The notes beneath the pieces were generated by a model, which was not told the DNA's origin, did not search any database, and saw only the letters and a list, made by a program, of their open reading frames with translations. The position numbers and the translations under genes are program-made. This document shows, piece after piece, positions 17,310 through 26,084 of a DNA stretch of 64,000 nucleotides. The first letter of the stretch is position 1; the number at the start of each line of letters is the position of its first letter. Where the stretch lies: NCBI GenBank assembly GCA_028704885.1, contig JAQWEN010000001.1, positions 651,203 through 715,202 on the forward strand. The letters are read 5' to 3'. This DNA is from Candidatus Shapirobacteria bacterium. Lineage in GTDB: Bacteria; Patescibacteriota; Microgenomatia; UBA12405.

Positions 17310-20300
17310 TTATTTTAATAAATAATGTAAATGGTCTTTGTCTTTACAGTCTTTACCGATTTCAAAGAATTCTAAATTCAAGATTTTTTGATAGACATCT
17401 TCAATTTGAGTTTTTAATTTATTTAAATCCTCATCGGCAACACTTATTTCTTTTCTGATAAAACTCTTTTTTAATTTGCTTTTTTCAATAAAATCAATGA
17501 TACCTTGATTAAATTTAAAACGAGAATCGTTTTTAATATCTAGTAATAATTTATAAAAAACAATTTGGCGATAGTAATCTCCATCGGAAGAAAGTTCTTT
17601 ATATTTATTATCAGAATTACCGGTTTTAAAATCGATAACATTGATTTTACCGTTGGCTTCTTTTTCAATTAAATCGATTTTTCCGGTTAAAGGAATATTT
17701 TTGTAAACAATATTTTCAGCGGCGAAATTATATTCAGAAATGTTGTCGTCTTTGACAGAATTCACATATTGATCATAATATTGCGTCAAAATTTTGTGGC
17801 CGTTTTCCAAACACCATTGATAATCTGCCTTGGGTAATCTTTCATTTTTTAAACTTTGTTCAAAAGTTTTTAAAATTTCTTCTTGAGATTTTTTTTGATA
17901 AAAAACGGAAAGAGCGGTATGAATAGCAGTGCCAAAACTACTAAATTTTTCCTTGTTTTGGGGAATTCTTAAAATAGTTTTGTAATAAAAACAGAGCGGA
18001 CAACGAAGGTAGGAATTTAAATGGCTGACATTAAATTTATAATGATTGGTTAAATAATCTTTTAAATATTCTGATAAATCTGGTTTTAGGTCGTGAGAAA
18101 CGTCAGTAAACTGGTAATAAGTTTTGAGAGCAGCGGTTTTGTCATTAAACTTAATATTTTCGATTAATTTAGAATCGATTTCAGAAACAAAGATGGAGGG
18201 ATTTTGATTTTTACCATTTTCTTTATATTGGGAATAAGAAAGATAAATTTGTTTTTTGGCACGAGTAAGAGCCACATAAAAAAGACGACGGTCTTCTTCG
18301 TAATCATCTTCGATACTTTTGGTAATTTCACTTCTTAGAATTCCAAAAGGTAGTTTTAATTTATTAAAATCGCGTTGTTTTTCCCAAGAATCTTCAAGGA
18401 GCCGATAAATAAAAACATGATCAAATTCTAAACCTTTAGCCCCATGGACAGTTAATATTTTTATAGAATCAGAGGAATCATAAGTGATGGATGGAGAAGA
18501 AACGGAAATTTTATTTTCATCATATAAATGAATTCGGTCAATAAATTCTTTTAGAGAGAGATCTTTTTTAGCGACAGTGTCTTTTAAAAGTTTATAAAAA
18601 GAATGAACTTGGTTAAGAGATTCAATATCGTTTTTTGATAAGCAATATTTTAAAATTCTAAATCTTTTTAGAATTTTATTTAAAACTTTTTCTAAAGGAT
18701 AATTTTCCAAATCAACCTTAGTTTTGGCAATTCTTTTACCAAATTTAGAAATTATTTGCTTTGATTTATCTGAGACGTTAAGTTTGTCAATTTCTTTCTC
18801 GTCAAAAATTAAATTACAAAGGATAGTTTTTGATTTTAAAATTTTTACTAAATCAAGAGAATTTAATTTAATAAAAGGGGCAGCCAAAATGTGATAAACC
18901 GATTCATTAAGATTGGGATTATCAACAAATTCTAATAATTTGATTATTTGAATAATGAGAGGATTTTTTAAAAGGTTAGAATCGGAAGGAAGAAAAAATT
19001 TAATATTAAAAGCCGATAACATTTTAGTTAATTCCTCAGCATCACGATTTTTACGAAGTAAAATAGCAATTTCACTCGGGCTTTGACCAGATTTAATTAG
19101 ATCAGAAATTTTTTGAGCGACATAATAATCTTCTTCAATATTTGAATTTAGAGTAATTAAATTAATCGGGTCGGGATCATAATTTTTGTTGGCAATTAGA
19201 GTTTTGTCAATGTCGGTAATTAAGTTGGCAATGCGATTTTTATTATGAGAAATGACACTGTCAGAAGAATCCAAAATAAGTTTATGACTACGATAATTAT
19301 TTTTTAAAACAATTTTTTTAGGATTATATTTTTGATAAAAATTGTAAATATTTTCAATAGAAGCACCTTGAAATCTAAAAATTGATTGGTCGTCATCCCC
19401 AACCACAAAAATATTAGGGTTATCGTAATAACTTCCCAATAAATCGATTATTTGGCTTTGGCTGGAGTTAGTGTCCTGATATTCATCGACGAGAATATAT
19501 TGGTATTTTTCCTGAAAATTGAGTAAAAGATCAGGATTGTCATTGAAAGCTTTGATAACAAATAAAATCATATCTTCGTAATCATAAAGGGCTCTTTTTT
19601 GAAGTTCTTGTTGATATTGATCAAAGATTTTGACAAATTCCTTTTGTTTAGGAATATTTTTTTCGAAATCTTGATAGAACTTGCGAACTTCATTTTTTAC
19701 TTGGCTTAAGTTTTCATTACCGCTTCTAATTATTTGCAGATGACTTTTGAGATTGAGGGAAATAAATTTAGAATTTTCTAATTCATCAAATATTTTATTT
19801 ATTTCTGAATAATTATTTTTAGTCGCCCGAATATTACTAAGTTGATTAATAAAATCGCCTGAATTTTGGAAAAAATTTTCCTCATCTTTAATTAAATCTA
19901 ATAGAGTTTCTTTTGAGATATTTTCTCTTTTGGCTAAATGAAGACAATCGAGAATACTTCTTTGATAACAATAACGATCACCCCAAGTAATTAATGGCGA
20001 AGAATTGTCTAAATGATCGATAATATTTTTAATTATTTCGATGGTTTCAAGGTCATCAATGGCTTTTAAACTAGACGAAGCGAAAGGAAAATATTGAGGA
20101 TTTGAAGAAATAATGTCGTTGCAAAAAGCATGGAAGGTACAAATTTTAACTTTGTAAGCGTCGGGGCCAATCATATCCAGTAAACGATTTCTCATATTGT
20201 TGGCGGCAACATCGGTGTAAGTTAAACATAAAACGGAACTAGGTTTAGTGTCGGTTTTGTCCAAAATATTGGCGATACGAAGGGCAATGGTTTGAGTTTT

Positions 20301-20405
20301 ACCAGTGCCGGCACCAGCAATAACCATAACTGGACCTTCAATGGTATTGACGGCCAGTTTTTGTTCGAGATTTAGTTTTTGGTATTCGTTTTGGAAATTG
20401 GTCAC
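17310..20405 (-). CDS. UvrD/Rep-family ATP-dependent DNA helicase fused to a C-terminal PD-(D/E)xK (RecB/Cas4-like) nuclease domain
   Basis: Walker A AGAGTGKTQT. Helicase motifs VDEYQDTNSSQ and VHGAKGLEFDHVFIY. The C-terminal 250 aa have a CPLCFYY... Cys cluster and a nuclease-like fold. 1031 aa. GTG start. Confidence 0.85.
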   Translation of the reverse strand: MTNFQNEYQKLNLEQKLAVNTIEGPVMVIAGAGTGKTQTIALRIANILDKTDTKPSSVLCLTYTDVAANNMRNRLLDMIGPDAYKVKICTFHAFCNDIISSNPQYFPFASSSLKAIDDLETIEIIKNIIDHLDNSSPLITWGDRYCYQRSILDCLHLAKRENISKETLLDLIKDEENFFQNSGDFINQLSNIRATKNNYSEINKIFDELENSKFISLNLKSHLQIIRSGNENLSQVKNEVRKFYQDFEKNIPKQKEFVKIFDQYQQELQKRALYDYEDMILFVIKAFNDNPDLLLNFQEKYQYILVDEYQDTNSSQSQIIDLLGSYYDNPNIFVVGDDDQSIFRFQGASIENIYNFYQKYNPKKIVLKNNYRSHKLILDSSDSVISHNKNRIANLITDIDKTLIANKNYDPDPINLITLNSNIEEDYYVAQKISDLIKSGQSPSEIAILLRKNRDAEELTKMLSAFNIKFFLPSDSNLLKNPLIIQIIKLLEFVDNPNLNESVYHILAAPFIKLNSLDLVKILKSKTILCNLIFDEKEIDKLNVSDKSKQIISKFGKRIAKTKVDLENYPLEKVLNKILKRFRILKYCLSKNDIESLNQVHSFYKLLKDTVAKKDLSLKEFIDRIHLYDENKISVSSPSITYDSSDSIKILTVHGAKGLEFDHVFIYRLLEDSWEKQRDFNKLKLPFGILRSEITKSIEDDYEEDRRLFYVALTRAKKQIYLSYSQYKENGKNQNPSIFVSEIDSKLIENIKFNDKTAALKTYYQFTDVSHDLKPDLSEYLKDYLTNHYKFNVSHLNSYLRCPLCFYYKTILRIPQNKEKFSSFGTAIHTALSVFYQKKSQEEILKTFEQSLKNERLPKADYQWCLENGHKILTQYYDQYVNSVKDDNISEYNFAAENIVYKNIPLTGKIDLIEKEANGKINVIDFKTGNSDNKYKELSSDGDYYRQIVFYKLLLDIKNDSRFKFNQGIIDFIEKSKLKKSFIRKEISVADEDLNKLKTQIEDVYQKILNLEFFEIGKDCKDKDHLHYLLK

Positions 20406-20479
20406 TAAGCTAGTTTATCAAAGAAAAAGCCCCGAGGTTTGATAATGAATATCAAAAGCCTTGAGGCTTAATCACAGTA

Positions 20480-20824
20480 CTAAAAATCAACCAAATCAGG
20501 TGGAAGTTCAACTATAATCAATTCTGCTTTAGAATCTTTTTTAATTTTAATATTGAACCCCCTCATCACGCTGATAATGTTCCATTCTGTAGTAAACGGA
20601 AGATTGGTAATGTTATTTAATTTCAAAATATCCTTGAAGCGGTAGATCATTTGATTATCCTTCTTGAGGCAATGGAGACAACCATTACAAATATCTTGGA
20701 TAATAAAAAGAGAGATTTTCTGTTCAGTCATTATTAGAGAAACGACATTACTGTGACGTTCGACTTCGTCGTTGATTTTGCCTTGGAAAAAATTATTGAT
20801 GAAAGAATTAAAGTCATAAGACAT
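20480..20824 (-). CDS. hypothetical protein (orphan small gene A)
   Basis: 114 aa. Strong SD (AGAGGGGG) and a strong promoter upstream. Contains CNGCLHC. Confidence 0.5.
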   Translation of the reverse strand: MSYDFNSFINNFFQGKINDEVERHSNVVSLIMTEQKISLFIIQDICNGCLHCLKKDNQMIYRFKDILKLNNITNLPFTTEWNIISVMRGFNIKIKKDSKAELIIVELPPDLVDF

Positions 20825-20914
20825 GATGAAGGACCCCCTCTTATTTAATTTGGATATAGCTGTGATTTAAAAGAACTTTACCGTTACAAACAAGATGTTT
20901 TTTAACGTGGGTGG

Positions 20915-20942
20915 ATTTTACCTAATTTTAGGGAAAAGTCAA
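20915..20942 (-). promoter_or_regulatory. sigma70-like promoter for small gene A (-35 TTGACT, 16-nt spacer, -10 TAAAAT)
   Basis: The minus strand reads TTGACTtttccctaaaattaggTAAAAT. A nearly identical module lies at 21487-21514. Confidence 0.6.
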
Positions 20943-21040
20943 TAAAAAGCCCCGAAAAAAGAAAAATGATAATAAATTATCATTAATCCTCTTTTGAGGC
21001 TTTAATTACATCGCTGCTGACGATTTAGGTGTTCAAGTTG

Positions 21041-21397
21041 TTATTGAGGGTATTTAATTTTGATAGTATGGGTATAGGATTCAAGTAGAGTTGAGACATA
21101 ACTTTTTTCGGCTATGATATTAAAAACTTTCAAATCATCACAAGCATGGCTGGCTTGAAGTGAAAATCTATCCGTATTATCAATATTAATAGCTTTAAAA
21201 AGGTTTTTGTCAAACTTAAATTGAATATGTTCGGCATCGATTTTTTTGCCAAAATTAAGACCATTTTCAATTTCATTAACAATGAAAGAGACAATGGCTT
21301 TGATGGCTTCAAAATCAGAGAACTCGTTATTAAATTTTGATTCGAGTTCGTTTTTCTTGTTAGTGTAGTATTTATTGACAAAATCTTTCATTTCCAT
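21041..21397 (-). CDS. hypothetical protein (orphan small gene B)
   Basis: 118 aa. SD GGAGGA. Preceded by a duplicated promoter and bounded by 15-bp perfect inverted repeats. Confidence 0.5.
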   Translation of the reverse strand: MEMKDFVNKYYTNKKNELESKFNNEFSDFEAIKAIVSFIVNEIENGLNFGKKIDAEHIQFKFDKNLFKAINIDNTDRFSLQASHACDDLKVFNIIAEKSYVSTLLESYTHTIKIKYPQ

Positions 21398-21486
21398 TTA
21401 TTATTTCCTCCAATATTGGGAATGTCAGCAGCGATGTAAAGGTGCTTTTTTTATGTTACAAAACGCGACGTTTTGAACATGGGTAT

Positions 21487-21514
21487 ATTTTACCTAATTA
21501 TAGGTGAAAGTCAA
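21487..21514 (-). promoter_or_regulatory. sigma70-like promoter for small gene B (-35 TTGACT, 16-nt spacer, -10 TAAAAT)
   Basis: The minus strand reads TTGACTttcacctataattaggTAAAAT. Downstream leader carries the 7-3-7 palindrome caaaacg-tcg-cgttttg. Confidence 0.6.
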
Positions 21515-21543
21515 GAAATGATAAATTGTCGAAATAATTTTTT

Positions 21544-21696
21544 TTAAAGAAACTTAAATAAAAAGGCAAAGGCGATAATAGAACTGGCAAGTAAAATTAC
21601 AAGAAAATTTGGATTTTCGGTGAAACATTTGTGATTTTTGCAGCAAACAGATTTTTTAGAAACTATTTTTTTTGGAGCAGATTTTTTCTTGGTCAT
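21544..21696 (-). CDS. possible small Lys-rich protein with C-terminal TM segment (50 aa)
   Basis: Manual translation gives MTKKKSAPKKIVSKKSVCCKNHKCFTENPNFLVILLASSIIAFAFLFKFL. Below the ORF-track size cutoff. No clear SD. Confidence 0.2.
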   Translation of the reverse strand: MTKKKSAPKKIVSKKSVCCKNHKCFTENPNFLVILLASSIIAFAFLFKFL

Positions 21697-21726
21697 ATTA
21701 ATTAATACTAGCAGATTTTAGAAAAA

Positions 21727-23175
21727 TTAATTTAATAATTTTTCTAAAATTTCTTTGGCGAGTTTGGGATTGGCGGAACCTTTGGAGGCTTGCATTAATT
21801 TGCCAATTAAAAAGCCAATAGAAGCGGGATTTTTGAGATAGTCGGAAACTGCTTTTGAATTAGCGGCGATGACTTCTTTAGCTAATTTTTCAATTTCACC
21901 AGAATCGGAAACTTGAATTAATCCACTATTTTTGGCAATAACAACGGGATCTTGGCCAATATGATAACTTTCAATAATCACCTGCTTGGCCACGGTGGCA
22001 GAAATTTCGGATTTAGTAACTGAGTCAAAAAGATTTTTGAAATATTCAGGATTAATTTTATTAATATCTAAACTTTCTTGAGATTCATTTAGATAAGTTT
22101 TGATGGCACCTAAAAATAAATTAGCGGTAAATTTAGCCATTTCTGGAGTAGGATTTTGACCGATGGCTTTTTCAAATATTTGAGAAAAATTAATATCGGA
22201 AACTAACAAATTGGCATCGTAATCATTTAATCCAAAATCTTTTTGATATCGAGAAAATTTTTGGTCTGGTAATTCAGGAATAGATTTTCTGATCGCTTCA
22301 ATTTCGGCTTTAGTAAATTCAATATGAGGAATATCGGGTTCGGGAAAATAGCGATAATCGGAGGAGCCTTCTTTTTCGCGTTGTAAAAAGGTTTGATTCT
22401 TGTCAGCATCCCAACCAAAAGTATTTTTGTTGTTTTTTGATTTGACTTCACCAGTTTGTTTAAAAGCTTCAGTTTGACGTTTGATTTCAAAATCAATGGC
22501 GGTTTGGACGCCAGTTAATGAAGCCACATTTTTAATTTCGACTAGTGGAGTATAAAAAACCTGATCGTTGTCTTCGATTTTTAAATTGACAGTTGGCTCA
22601 CAACGCATACTGCCTTTTTCAATATCAGCATCAGAAATGCCTATATATCGGATAATTTGCTGCATTTTAAGTAAATAATCTTTGGCCATTTGAGCTGAAG
22701 TGATGTCTGGCTCAGAAACAATTTCGACAAGGGGAACGCCACAGCGGTTGTAATCGATTAGAGTTAATTCTTGACCATTGTCTTTGATATGAACCGATTT
22801 GCCGGTGTCCTCTTCCATATGGGCGCGATTAATTCGGACTTCTTGATCGCCGATTTTGATTTTGCCATTAATGACAAATGGTTTTTCGTATTGAGTAAGC
22901 TGATAACCTTTGGCTAAATCGGGATAAAAATAATTTTTTCTTTCAAAAAAACTGGATTCATTGGGAGTACAGCCAAGAGCAAGACCTAATTTAATACACC
23001 ATTCACAAGCAGTTTTATTTGGCACTGGCAGAGCACCTGGAAGACCCAAACAAGTTGGACAAGTGTGAGTATTTGGATCAACATGAAAATGTTCGGCTGA
23101 ACAAGAACAAAACATTTTTGATTTAGTGTTTAATTCGACGTGAACTTCGAGACCGATAATAGGAGTTATTTTCAT
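21727..23175 (-). CDS. gatB: aspartyl/glutamyl-tRNA(Asn/Gln) amidotransferase subunit B
   Basis: MKITPIIGLEVHVELNTKSKMFCSCS...CPTCLGLPGALP and the full GatB length of 482 aa. Confidence 0.95.
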   Translation of the reverse strand: MKITPIIGLEVHVELNTKSKMFCSCSAEHFHVDPNTHTCPTCLGLPGALPVPNKTACEWCIKLGLALGCTPNESSFFERKNYFYPDLAKGYQLTQYEKPFVINGKIKIGDQEVRINRAHMEEDTGKSVHIKDNGQELTLIDYNRCGVPLVEIVSEPDITSAQMAKDYLLKMQQIIRYIGISDADIEKGSMRCEPTVNLKIEDNDQVFYTPLVEIKNVASLTGVQTAIDFEIKRQTEAFKQTGEVKSKNNKNTFGWDADKNQTFLQREKEGSSDYRYFPEPDIPHIEFTKAEIEAIRKSIPELPDQKFSRYQKDFGLNDYDANLLVSDINFSQIFEKAIGQNPTPEMAKFTANLFLGAIKTYLNESQESLDINKINPEYFKNLFDSVTKSEISATVAKQVIIESYHIGQDPVVIAKNSGLIQVSDSGEIEKLAKEVIAANSKAVSDYLKNPASIGFLIGKLMQASKGSANPKLAKEILEKLLN

Positions 23176-23180
23176 AGAAA

Positions 23181-23222
23181 CCCCTCCGCCCTGCGGGCAC
23201 TTCCCCTTGATGAAAGGGAGGA
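23181..23222 (+). repeat. GC-rich double-hairpin repeat element, copy R1 (gatA-gatB spacer; supplies the gatB SD)
   Basis: Sequence acccctccgccctgcgggcacttccccttgatgaaagggagg, with hairpins gccc-tgc-gggc and tcccctt-gatgaa-agggagg. Related copies lie at 29654, 43359 and 43676. Confidence 0.6.
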
Positions 23223-23253
23223 ATTAATTTTTTTTAAAATATTTTTTTTCATT

Positions 23254-24717
23254 TTATATTTTTGGGGTTTGAAGATGATAATCGGTAAATTGCTGATATT
23301 GATTAGCAATCGAAAGAATCTTTGATTCTTCAAAGAAATTTCCGATTAATTGAAAACCAATGGGAAGATTTTCTTGATTAAAACCACAAGGAAGAGCAAC
23401 TGAGGGAACCCCGGCAACATTGATACAAACAGTAAAAGCATCAACCAAATACATTTGAAGCGGATCATTGGCTTTGGCACCAATATCCCAAGCAACGGTC
23501 GGAGAAACAGGAGCCAAAATAACATCGACTTCTTTTAGGGCATTAGTAAATTCATTTTTAATAAGAGTGCGGACTTTTGAAGCTTTGGTGTAATAGGCAT
23601 CATAATAGCCAGAAGATAGGGCATATGTACCAATTAAAATTCGACGTTTGACTTCGGCTTCCATATATTGACCACGAGTATTCATATAATAAGAAGTGAT
23701 GTCAGGATTATTATCGGTGTTGCGACCAAAACGAATACCATCATAACGAGCCATGTTAGCGGAAATTTCGGAAGGAACCAAAATATAATAAACAGCAATA
23801 CCAAGATTGGTGTTGGGCAAGGAAATATCGACCAAAATGGCACCTTTGCTTTGAAAAAGTTTGGCGGCGGCCATGACTTTTTCTTTAACTTCGGTATTAA
23901 TCGGATCAATAAAATATTCTTTTGGTAAGCCAATTTTTAGGCCTTTTAAATCAACATTATTTAAAATTTCTGAATAATCTGGGACTGGATTATCAATGGT
24001 GGTGGCATCTTTTGGATCAACTCCGGCAGTAATTTTAGTAAGTAAAGCTAAATCGGCGACATTTTTGGCGAAAACACCAGGACAATCGAAAGATGAAGCC
24101 ATGGCGGTGATACCGTAACGAGAATTTAATCCGTAAGTTGGTTTTAAACCACTGATATTGCATAATGAAGCCGGTAAACGAATGGAACCACCAGTGTCAG
24201 TACCGAGGGCAAATTGACAAAGATCGGCCGCTACAGCGGCAGCAGAACCACCAGAAGAACCACCGGGTACCTTAGATAAATTCCAGGGATTTTTGGTGGT
24301 GAAAAAACCAGAATTTTCAGTTGAACCACCGAAAGCAAAAGGATCAGTATTGGTTTTGCCAATAATTATGGCATCTTCGTCAATCAATTTTTGATAAATA
24401 GTAGAAGAATATTGAGGAAGGTAATCTTTTAGAACCTGAGAACTGGCAGTAGTTTGAATATCTTTGGTAAGAAAAATATCTTTAACAGCCATGACAGCAC
24501 CGGCTAACTTACCAACTGATTCCCCCTTTTTAATTTTTGAATCTATAATTTCTGCCTGTTTTAAGGCTTCTTTTTCAGTAATTGTAATAAAGGCTTTGAT
24601 CTGAGGATCGATTTTTTTTATTCTTTGCAAATAAAATTTAACAATATCGACGGCAGAAATTTGCTTTGAAAAAAGCAATTCTTGAATTTGAGAAATAGTT
24701 AAACTTTTTAAATCCAT
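23254..24717 (-). CDS. gatA: glutamyl-tRNA(Gln) amidotransferase subunit A
   Basis: Amidase signature GGSSGGSAAAVAA and conserved K...S. The start is chosen at MDLKSL (24717), which abuts the gatC stop. The 34-aa upstream extension in the ORF track is not conserved-looking. Confidence 0.93.
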   Translation of the reverse strand: MDLKSLTISQIQELLFSKQISAVDIVKFYLQRIKKIDPQIKAFITITEKEALKQAEIIDSKIKKGESVGKLAGAVMAVKDIFLTKDIQTTASSQVLKDYLPQYSSTIYQKLIDEDAIIIGKTNTDPFAFGGSTENSGFFTTKNPWNLSKVPGGSSGGSAAAVAADLCQFALGTDTGGSIRLPASLCNISGLKPTYGLNSRYGITAMASSFDCPGVFAKNVADLALLTKITAGVDPKDATTIDNPVPDYSEILNNVDLKGLKIGLPKEYFIDPINTEVKEKVMAAAKLFQSKGAILVDISLPNTNLGIAVYYILVPSEISANMARYDGIRFGRNTDNNPDITSYYMNTRGQYMEAEVKRRILIGTYALSSGYYDAYYTKASKVRTLIKNEFTNALKEVDVILAPVSPTVAWDIGAKANDPLQMYLVDAFTVCINVAGVPSVALPCGFNQENLPIGFQLIGNFFEESKILSIANQYQQFTDYHLQTPKI

Positions 24718-24718
24718 A

Positions 24719-25018
24719 TTATTTTCGAATAGTCCCAGGAACAACAAAATAACCGTCTTGAGTTTTTGGAGCGGTGGAAAGAGCTGTTTTTTGATCAAAA
24801 GATTCGACAACCTCATCATTTCTTAAGACATTTTTTTGGTCGTTAACGCGATAAGTAGGCTCAATATTATCAACATTGGCCTGATTTAAAACATCGAGAT
24901 ATTCTAAAACAGACTCGAGTTGAGGCAAAAAGGTGGTTTTTTCGGATTCGGATAAGTTGATGCGGGCTAATTTGGCAATATGTTCCAAATCGGCCATAGA
25001 AATCTTTGGTTCAGACAT
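24719..25018 (-). CDS. gatC: aspartyl/glutamyl-tRNA amidotransferase subunit C
   Basis: 99 aa with a GatC-like N-terminus (ISMADLEHIAKLARINLSESE). Confidence 0.85.
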   Translation of the reverse strand: MSEPKISMADLEHIAKLARINLSESEKTTFLPQLESVLEYLDVLNQANVDNIEPTYRVNDQKNVLRNDEVVESFDQKTALSTAPKTQDGYFVVPGTIRK

Positions 25019-25031
25019 AATGTATTTTACC

Positions 25032-26075
25032 TTATTTTCTTAAAATTGAAGCTTTGAGACGAAGAATTTTCCAGCGGATTTTATCAACAGAATTGTAGGC
25101 TTGGTATAAAAGTGGATTGATGACTAAATCATAGGTGCCGACATACTCGACTAACTGACCACCATAACCTTGTTTAAAACGATGGAAACCGTAACCATTT
25201 TCCCCTTCTTTGGCATGAGGGCCAAGGCAACCCCACATATCAAAAGTGGTACATTTTAATTTTTGACCAAGTTTTATTACTTCCCACATTAAAAGAGTTG
25301 GAGCCATGACTTGACGATTAATATCGAGAGAGGCACCATAAGGATAAAATAATTTATCTTTAATATTAAAAATCATAAAAGCGGAAAGAACTTGGTTTTG
25401 ATAAGAAGACAACATAATGTGAATCATGCCGGTATCTTTTAGTTTTTTCCATAAATCACGATGATATTTTTCACTGTGAAGATAAAATCCTTGGCGTTTG
25501 GTGGTATCAAAAAGTAACTCTAAATAAATTTCAAAACCTTTATCGTCGGTTTGTTCTTTAACTTCGACACCATAACGATTGGCAACCCGAATGTTGTAAC
25601 GAGTTTTAGGATGCATTGATTCTAAAAGCTGGTCTTCGGTTTTATTTAAATCAACTAAATAAGTAAAAGGATAAAAGGCAACCTTGGGGGATTTTTTAAG
25701 ATGATTAAACTGTGGCTTTGGATTTAAATTAGTTTCATTACCAAAACTATCAATATTTTTATGAATTATATTGGGTTCGAATTTGACAAAAATAGCATTT
25801 TCTTTTTTGGCAATTTCGGTGATTTTTTCAATCATAAAATCATCAATATTTGGACCCCGAAGTGAAGTACCAATGGAAAATTTGGTTTTAGGAATTTTAT
25901 GAAAACTGACAGAATAGGCAGAAATCATTTTATCGTTATCATCGAAAACACCAAAACGATAAACAGTGTGGCCTTGAGTTATTTGAAAATCGCCCCAATC
26001 CCAAGTCTGAACTGGATGAACAATTAATGAGTCATATTTTTCTTTATCTTTATCGGTAAGAATTCGGGTAATCAT
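25032..26075 (-). CDS. FemAB-family aminoacyl-tRNA-dependent peptidoglycan peptide-bridge transferase
   Basis: 347 aa with FemX/FemA-like blocks (HPKTRYNIR, KLFYPYGASLD, MWG, GYGFHRFKQGYGG). Confidence 0.7.
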   Translation of the reverse strand: MITRILTDKDKEKYDSLIVHPVQTWDWGDFQITQGHTVYRFGVFDDNDKMISAYSVSFHKIPKTKFSIGTSLRGPNIDDFMIEKITEIAKKENAIFVKFEPNIIHKNIDSFGNETNLNPKPQFNHLKKSPKVAFYPFTYLVDLNKTEDQLLESMHPKTRYNIRVANRYGVEVKEQTDDKGFEIYLELLFDTTKRQGFYLHSEKYHRDLWKKLKDTGMIHIMLSSYQNQVLSAFMIFNIKDKLFYPYGASLDINRQVMAPTLLMWEVIKLGQKLKCTTFDMWGCLGPHAKEGENGYGFHRFKQGYGGQLVEYVGTYDLVINPLLYQAYNSVDKIRWKILRLKASILRK

Positions 26076-26084
26076 AATAGTAGT

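Noticed and set aside
24718-24819. 34-aa N-terminal extension of gatA in the ORF track (MMRLSNLL...)
   Set aside because: It overlaps gatC entirely. The conserved GatA N-terminus begins at MDLKSL (24717), which directly abuts the gatC stop.
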